Of a stretch of 64,000 bases of DNA, positions 57,201-64,000 are shown in pieces. The position numbers were made by a program, and so were the translations under genes. Origin of the DNA: Cirrosporium novae-zelandiae (lineage: Eukaryota); NCBI GenBank assembly GCA_026023565.1, contig JAPETS010000015.1, positions 1 through 64,000 of the forward strand, in the 5' to 3' direction. The notes under the pieces were generated by a model. It saw nothing but the letters and a program-made list of their open reading frames with translations. It did no database searches and was not told the DNA's origin. The number at the start of each line of letters is the position of its first letter. The stretch's first letter is position 1.

Positions 57201-59358
57201 ATTTTTTAATAGTCTAAAATTATTAAAATATTCCGATATATTAATTATAGCACGAAACCGAGATTAATATATTAAACGAAATATTATAAATTATACAAAA
57301 TTTTCATAAATATTTATATTTTTGAAATCTTAAAAATTAATGAAAAAAAACGTAATTTCGAAAAAAAAAATTAGGATCCCTAAATTATTTAATTATATTA
57401 CCGAAATTAAAATATACGTAAATTTTTATTATAAATATTTATAAATACTAATTTTAAAAATTAGTTTTAAAATAAAATAATTAAATAAAAATAATTCAAT
57501 AAAAAAATTAACGATAATACTCGATAATAATATAATATTAAATAAATTCAAAATATTATATTTTAAATAATTCCGAATTAATTCCCGTTTTTTTATTAAA
57601 ATAAATATTTTAGGATTTTATTAATTTTTTATAATATAAATATTTTCATTCTGTTAAAATAATAATTATTTATTATCGAAATTTTTTATAAATTAACAAA
57701 AAAATTTAAAAATCTAAAAAAAATAAAATATTATTAATTTATTTATCGGTATATTTATCGATTATAATAAAATAAATTTTATATAATTCTAAAATATTCA
57801 AATACTAATATTTTTAATAATTTCGAATAAAACGTAGATTCTAGAATTAATTATCGTGATTAATTATATCGGTAATTTTATAAATATTGAATAGAAAATA
57901 TACTATTATTATTTTCGGAAAATAAACAGGAATCCTAATTACGAATAATTACGAAATATATTTTATTTTATTACGTAATAAATTATTAGATAAGATTTCG
58001 GATATTATTAAATATATATAATTTTTAAATCTAATTATAAAATATATTTAATATTATATTTTTATTATATAAAATATTAATATAAAAACGATTCTATAAA
58101 TTTTAAATATATTAATTTAAATATTAAAGACCTAATAAAGCAAAAATATGAAAAAAAATATAATTTAAAAATTTATATCATTAATATAATATTTATAAAT
58201 TTTTATTAAATAGACGAATATCAAAAATTATTAATAAATAATACATTAAAAATAATAAAAAAATTTATAATATTAAATAAATTCTTTAATTATATAAAAA
58301 AAGATAAATTCGAATATTTATATTATATTTAATATATAGAATATTTAGATTTATTAAAAATTTACGACGGATAATATTCTTTTAATTTATAAAAATTGAA
58401 ATCGACGGATTTATATTAAAACTTAATAAATACGGAATATAAAAAAAACTTTTTATAATTTATAAAAATATAATAATATTATATAATTTACCGTTAAATT
58501 TAAACAATCTATATAAAATTATTTTATACGTTTTTTTAATAATTACGTTAATACGAAAATTAAAATTTATTTCAGATATTTTAATAAATTAAAAAAAATA
58601 ATCTAATATAATAATTCAAAATATATTATATAAAATTTTTAATTATACGATAAAATATAATATTATTAATTTATAACGAAAAAATATTACGAAAATTATA
58701 TATTATATTTTTAAAAATACGGTTATAACTAAATATTAAATACTTAAAAAAAAAACTTTTCTATAAAAAAGATTTAATGAAAAAAAAATTAAAAAACGTA
58801 TTCGATAGATTTACTGAATCTACGGATCGCGAAACTTTTAATCAGCCAGATATTTTCGTAGAAAACACTCAGGGATAGGATATTACTGAATAAATATAGA
58901 TTATAAAATATTTTTTTTATATACGCATTAAACAAGTATTGGGGGATTTGAAATTTTTTTTTTATAATCGAGGTCGACTGTAAATAGGGGAAAATAGAAA
59001 TATATAATAAAATAAATAGATATACCTATTTATCCCTAAATAGTTTTTTTTTTTAAAAAATAATATGGTTTCGTTTTCTAAAAACTATAAAGATAAGCGA
59101 ATATCTAAAATTCAAGAATATATTCTGGATTATTTTTTCTTTTTTTAATTTTTCTATATTTTTTACTACCGAGGAAATAATAATTAAATAAAAATCAATT
59201 ATTATTATATTTTTATATAATTATTATCACAAAAATAGCGTTTGTATTTATCGACGATTATTATAGCTATAAGAATTATTTTATAATTTAATTTATTTGC
59301 TGTTCTTATAACTTGAAAATACGTATCATCAATAAGTATACTGATACATTCCACCACA
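51269..59358 (+). mobile_element. family A copy A2: gag-pol relic, 3' region, PPT and 3' LTR; 5' LTR missing
   Basis: Collinear with 14775-23810. It continues to a purine-rich tract (AAATAGGGGAAAATAGAAA, 58982-59000) and the LTR. Confidence 0.92.
59003..59358 (+). repeat. 3' LTR of copy A2
   Basis: The mutated start TATAATAAAATAAATAGA corresponds to TGTGGTGGAGTAAGTGGG. It ends TTCCACCACA followed by ATAT. Confidence 0.88.
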
Positions 59359-60237
59359 ATATTATAATAATAAAAATAATGCGATAATATTTTTAATTAA
59401 AATATTATTATTAAATCGGGAAAAACCGATAAAATATTAATTAACAATTATAAAATAATAAATTTATTATATTATTTAAATAAAGTAATCGAAAAGATCG
59501 TAATTAATATATTAACGGAAATATATAAAAATCTAAAAAGTTATATAGCAATTAATTCGGCTCAAATTATAATTCAAACGTAATCAATATATATATATAT
59601 TTAATATATCCAATAAAAAAAGATTTAATTAAAAATAAATAATTTATATATTATTTATAAATATTAAAAAAACGTTTAATTATATATTATGATTTAAATT
59701 AATATAATATTTATATATATAAATATAAAATTTAATAAAAAAAATAAATCGGATATTAAATAAATTTATAAAATTAATAACGGGGATTTATAAAATAATT
59801 TTAATGATCATAATTATATAAAAAATTCTCTATATATTACGTAACAAATATAGATTTCGTTATTTTTAAAAAAATCGAAAAATATTCAGAGAATTCAATA
59901 TTATTTATAATATTAATAATAAAAAATATAAATATTTAATTAAAAAAATAATCGTTAAAATTTTTTTAATAAATTTAAAATATTAAAAATAATATATTAA
60001 ATTAATATTTAATTATAATAATAATTTAAAAAATAATAAATATAAATTTCAAAATCGAAAAAAATAAGTTTTTAAAAAAAATAATAATATTTCCGGAATA
60101 ATAAATTTTCAGCGAAGCGCTAACGTAGAGCTGAAAAAACGTATATTAATCGGATAAATCTAGATTAAACGATCGCAAAATAAAAACAGAAATAATTCAA
60201 AAAATAGCTGAAAAGATCCCGTAAATAATACTGAAAT
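59359..60237 (+). mobile_element. LINE family B RT-region fragment with internal deletions
   Basis: Matches 49285-50900 discontinuously. Confidence 0.8.
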
Positions 60238-60490
60238 TGTAACGGCGTGCCAAATATATGCGTTTCGTAGGCGTATAGGCGAGGCTTGGCGCGTGGCTAA
60301 ACCTTTATATACGAGAACGCTGTTTAATTTATTATAACAGCGTTCAACTTTTGTATTTATAAAAAAAATATTTCGAAAATTATTATTATTATTTATATTT
60401 TATATACGAATAATACGTTATATTTATTAATTATATATTTTATTATTTTATTAGGTTATTATATTATTTATAATAAACGCTGTTCTTATA
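60238..60490 (+). repeat. 5' LTR of family E
   Basis: Starts TGTAACGGC and is the reverse complement of the solo LTR at 22906-23157. It becomes progressively more mutated towards the interior. Confidence 0.92.
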
Positions 60491-63400
60491 ATAATCGAAT
60501 ATTAATTTTATTAACGCAAAACCGTTCGGTAAAATAATAAAAAATTATAAAATCGATTTCGTTACGATTACGTATCGTCATCGAAATTTAAACGATATTT
60601 TTACGTCGATATAAAATATTAGCCCGAATAATTAAATCGGAATAAACGGAATTATTAATCGTATTCTAAAAATTATTAATTACGCAGCCGGAATTAACGA
60701 TTATATTAAAAATTCGTATAAAAAAATAAATACGTTAAAAATATTAAATATATTATCGGTTCTAAATATAATATTTAAATAATTAAAATAACGATATAAT
60801 AAATTAATCGAAATATTAAAAATAAAACGTTTTTAAAATAAAATTTTTATAATATAATAACGTATCGATTATAACGGCGATATTTAAAATATACGGCATT
60901 AAAATATTATTAATATATATAAACGTTACCGTTCTACCGATAATATATAAAATACGATTCGTTTAAATCCGTATAAATTTAAAATACCGCCAACGTATAA
61001 TAATAAAAATAAAAAAAATTATATAATTATATATTAGATTGGCAGATATATTTAAATATAATCTCGTATTTAAATACCGATACGAAACGCGTGGTATACG
61101 TAGCTACGTTTTTTCTTAAATTAATTTATAAAAAATATAATTTAGGAAGAATATCTATAATAGATTCGTAATATTATTAAAAGGTTTGCGAATCGCCGGC
61201 TAAATATAATTTTAAAATATAACGAAACGAAATAATTTCCGAATTAAAATAGTAGAAAATTTGTTTATTATTTTAAAAAAATCCAGAAAAATATATTAAT
61301 AAATAATCGTAAAAACGATTCAAAAACACTATACTCTAAATTAATATTCTAAAAATATCGTGAACGAAAAACAATCGCAGCGACCGGAAATCGATCCCGA
61401 AATTTAAAAAAAAAGTAATTAAAAATAAAAATATCGTATTAAATTTTATAAAATTTTTAAAAAAAAATTAATATTAATAAAATAAAAAAAAATTAAAAAA
61501 CGTTATAACAATTTCTGTGGCGCTCGATAAAGATTTTAAAAAAAAAAACGTTTTCTAATAATAATTATTATCGTTATTTTACGTTTTAAATTAAAAAATA
61601 CGCAAAATAGTAATATTAATTAATACCGGAATTTAAAAATATTTAGAATTTTAAAATATATTTATAGAAAATATTAATTAAAATTTTTTAATATAAGTTA
61701 AAACAATATATAAAATCGATATTTAAAAAAAATAGAAATATCGTATAAACCGATTTATATATTATTAACGATTAAATTATATATATTATATTAATATATC
61801 GATAATAATCTAAAAAAAAATTAGATTCGGGAATCGAAATTATTGAAAAAAAAATTTTATTTTATTCGCAAAAAAAAAAATAGTAATTTATATTTATATA
61901 TTAATATTAAATATTATATATATCGCGTATATAAACGACGTATTAATCTTTAATAAATCAAACGAAAATTATACGATTTATATATAATAAATATTAAAAC
62001 TTTAAAAATAATCTAACATTAATTTAAATCTATAAATTATTGAGATATTTAGATTTCTTTAGAATTTACGAATTTTTATAAAAATTTATTTTTAAATACT
62101 CTAATATAATAGCACCACTGACTGGTCTATTAAAAAAATATAGAAAAATAAAAAAATAGAACTATTTAAATAATCTGATAAAATAGAATATATATTTAAA
62201 AAATCAATTAACCGTTTTACGACGGTTTCTATATTATGATATTTTGATCTAGAATTATATATTCGAATAAAAATAGATATTTCGGGATTTAGAACTATAA
62301 TTATTTTATTTTAATTATTTATTTTATATAAAAAGAATATACGAAACGAATAACACCCGATTATATTCTAATTTCGGAAATTGATTACCGCGGAATTGAA
62401 TTATAATGTTTTTAATACGGAATTAATAATAATTATAAAAATTTTCAAAAAATAAAAATATTATATATAATATAAATATTAAATAATTATAATAAAAAAC
62501 CGAAAAATTAAAAAAAACTAACATTAAATAACCAAATATCAAAAATATTAAAATAAAAAATATAAATAATAATTTTTTTAGATTTATTATAAATAATATA
62601 AATAATATCAATAATACGTTTAAATATAATAATAAAATAGAAATAAATATTTCAAAATTTATAAAAACATTAATTACGTGATTTATTCGTAAATACGTAC
62701 GAGGAATAAGCGGAAAAATATGGTTTTATAATAATAATATATTAGATACGTTTATTAATTATTTTATATTTTTATAGAGCGGGGACGTTTAATATAAAAA
62801 TAAAATCTGGGAATTATTTTTAGATTAATAATTGCAAAAGAAAGTCCTAAAAAATAAATAGAATATAAACGATACGAATCTAATACGATACGACGGCGCG
62901 GCGTATATTTTTTACGATCCCGATATACGAAAAAAAATTATTTAAAATATAATAAAATAATAAAATTAATTAAACGGTATTATTAATTATTATAGACCGA
63001 TATTCCAAAATATCTAAATATATTTTTTATATAATAGAAACGAATATAATTAATTTAACGGAAATTATATATAATTATATAATATCTAATTTCGGAATAT
63101 TATAATTAATTATATCGGATCGAAAAAATTTATGTATTTTTATATAATAAATAACGTTCTGCTATTATACATATACGAAATATAAATTATTTATAGTTTT
63201 TTATTTTTAAATAAATAGATAGGTCAAAAAAAATTAAAATTTAAAAATATATTTGAAATATTATATAAATAAAAACCAGAATAATTAAATTAAATTATTC
63301 ATAAACGTATAATATACGTATAACGATAATATAAATATTTAAATAAAAATAATTTTATTTAATCGATATTATAAATTTAAATTAAATTTATATATAAATA

Positions 63401-64000
63401 TCGAAAACGATGTTTCTAAAAAAAACAATATTAATAACGAAAAATTTTACGGAATATTTATAAATTGAAAAAAATAAAAAAATTTGAAAACGCGTATAAA
63501 ATACGGGAAAAAAATATTACGACCGAAAATGTAAATAAAATTCGTATAATATTAAACATAAAATATTATTATCGACGCAATATTTTCGTTTATATAAATT
63601 AAATAAAAGATTTAGGGACAAATTTATAAATTTATTTAAAATAATTAATATTATAAAATAAAACGTATATAATTTATAATTATTATTTATATATAATCGT
63701 ATTTATAAAATATTTTATATATTATTATTAAAATTATATTACCGAAAAAATAATAAATATTTTCCGGGACCTATAGATATAAAAAACGAAAAAAAATATA
63801 TTATAAATCGTTTTAGAAAAACGAAATAATAAAACTATAAAAATCTAAAAAAAAACCAAAAAAAAATTATATACGATCGAACAAAAATTTCTAATAATTA
63901 AAAATAAAAGTATAATAATAACCTAAATATTATAGATTTAAATAAAAACCGCAGAAATTACGTATAACAGAATAAAAAATTCTATAAACGTGGGTTATAT
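60238..64000 (+). mobile_element. Gypsy LTR retrotransposon (family E), internally deleted, running off the right edge
   Basis: The 5' LTR is at 60238-60490. Motifs: RT 'LFAKKKNSNLYLYIN' fused to 'YIAYINDVLIF' 61860-61952; FLGF.NFY relic ~62050-62090; RNase H 'YFDLELYIRIKIDISG' ~62240-62287; integrase H-K-L-S-T-A-F-H-P-Q-T-D-G-Q relic ~63180-63225. Confidence 0.9.

Overview
This window is a gene-free, extremely AT-rich graveyard of nested transposable elements. It most likely comes from a filamentous ascomycete genome and has been heavily degraded by repeat-induced point mutation (RIP). Most surviving C/G bases sit in CpG or CCG contexts, and Gln/Trp codons in conserved motifs have become stops. 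Reverting C>T/G>A changes by eye, I can assign essentially the whole window to six element families. (A) A Ylt1-like non-chromovirus Gypsy with ~365-bp LTRs, 4-bp TSDs and a long 3' region holding a candidate antisense ORF: three internal copies and six LTRs. (B) A Tad1-type LINE (ORF1 CCHC, APE, RT, RNase H): one full-length copy with TSD and about nine fragments. (C) A chromovirus-type Gypsy at the left edge plus a solo LTR. (D) A third Gypsy family. (E) A fourth Gypsy at the right edge plus a barely mutated solo LTR. (F) A Fot1/pogo DNA transposon with intact TIRs. I found no intact protein-coding gene, RNA gene or CRISPR array, and the supplied ORFs are chance frames in TE relics. The best leads are the uncharacterised antisense ORF relics downstream of pol in families A and C, the 4-bp ATAT/CTAT targeting of family A, and the CpG-sparing mutation signature. 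Coordinates of LTR, TIR and TSD ends are exact to a few bases; internal junctions are approximate.
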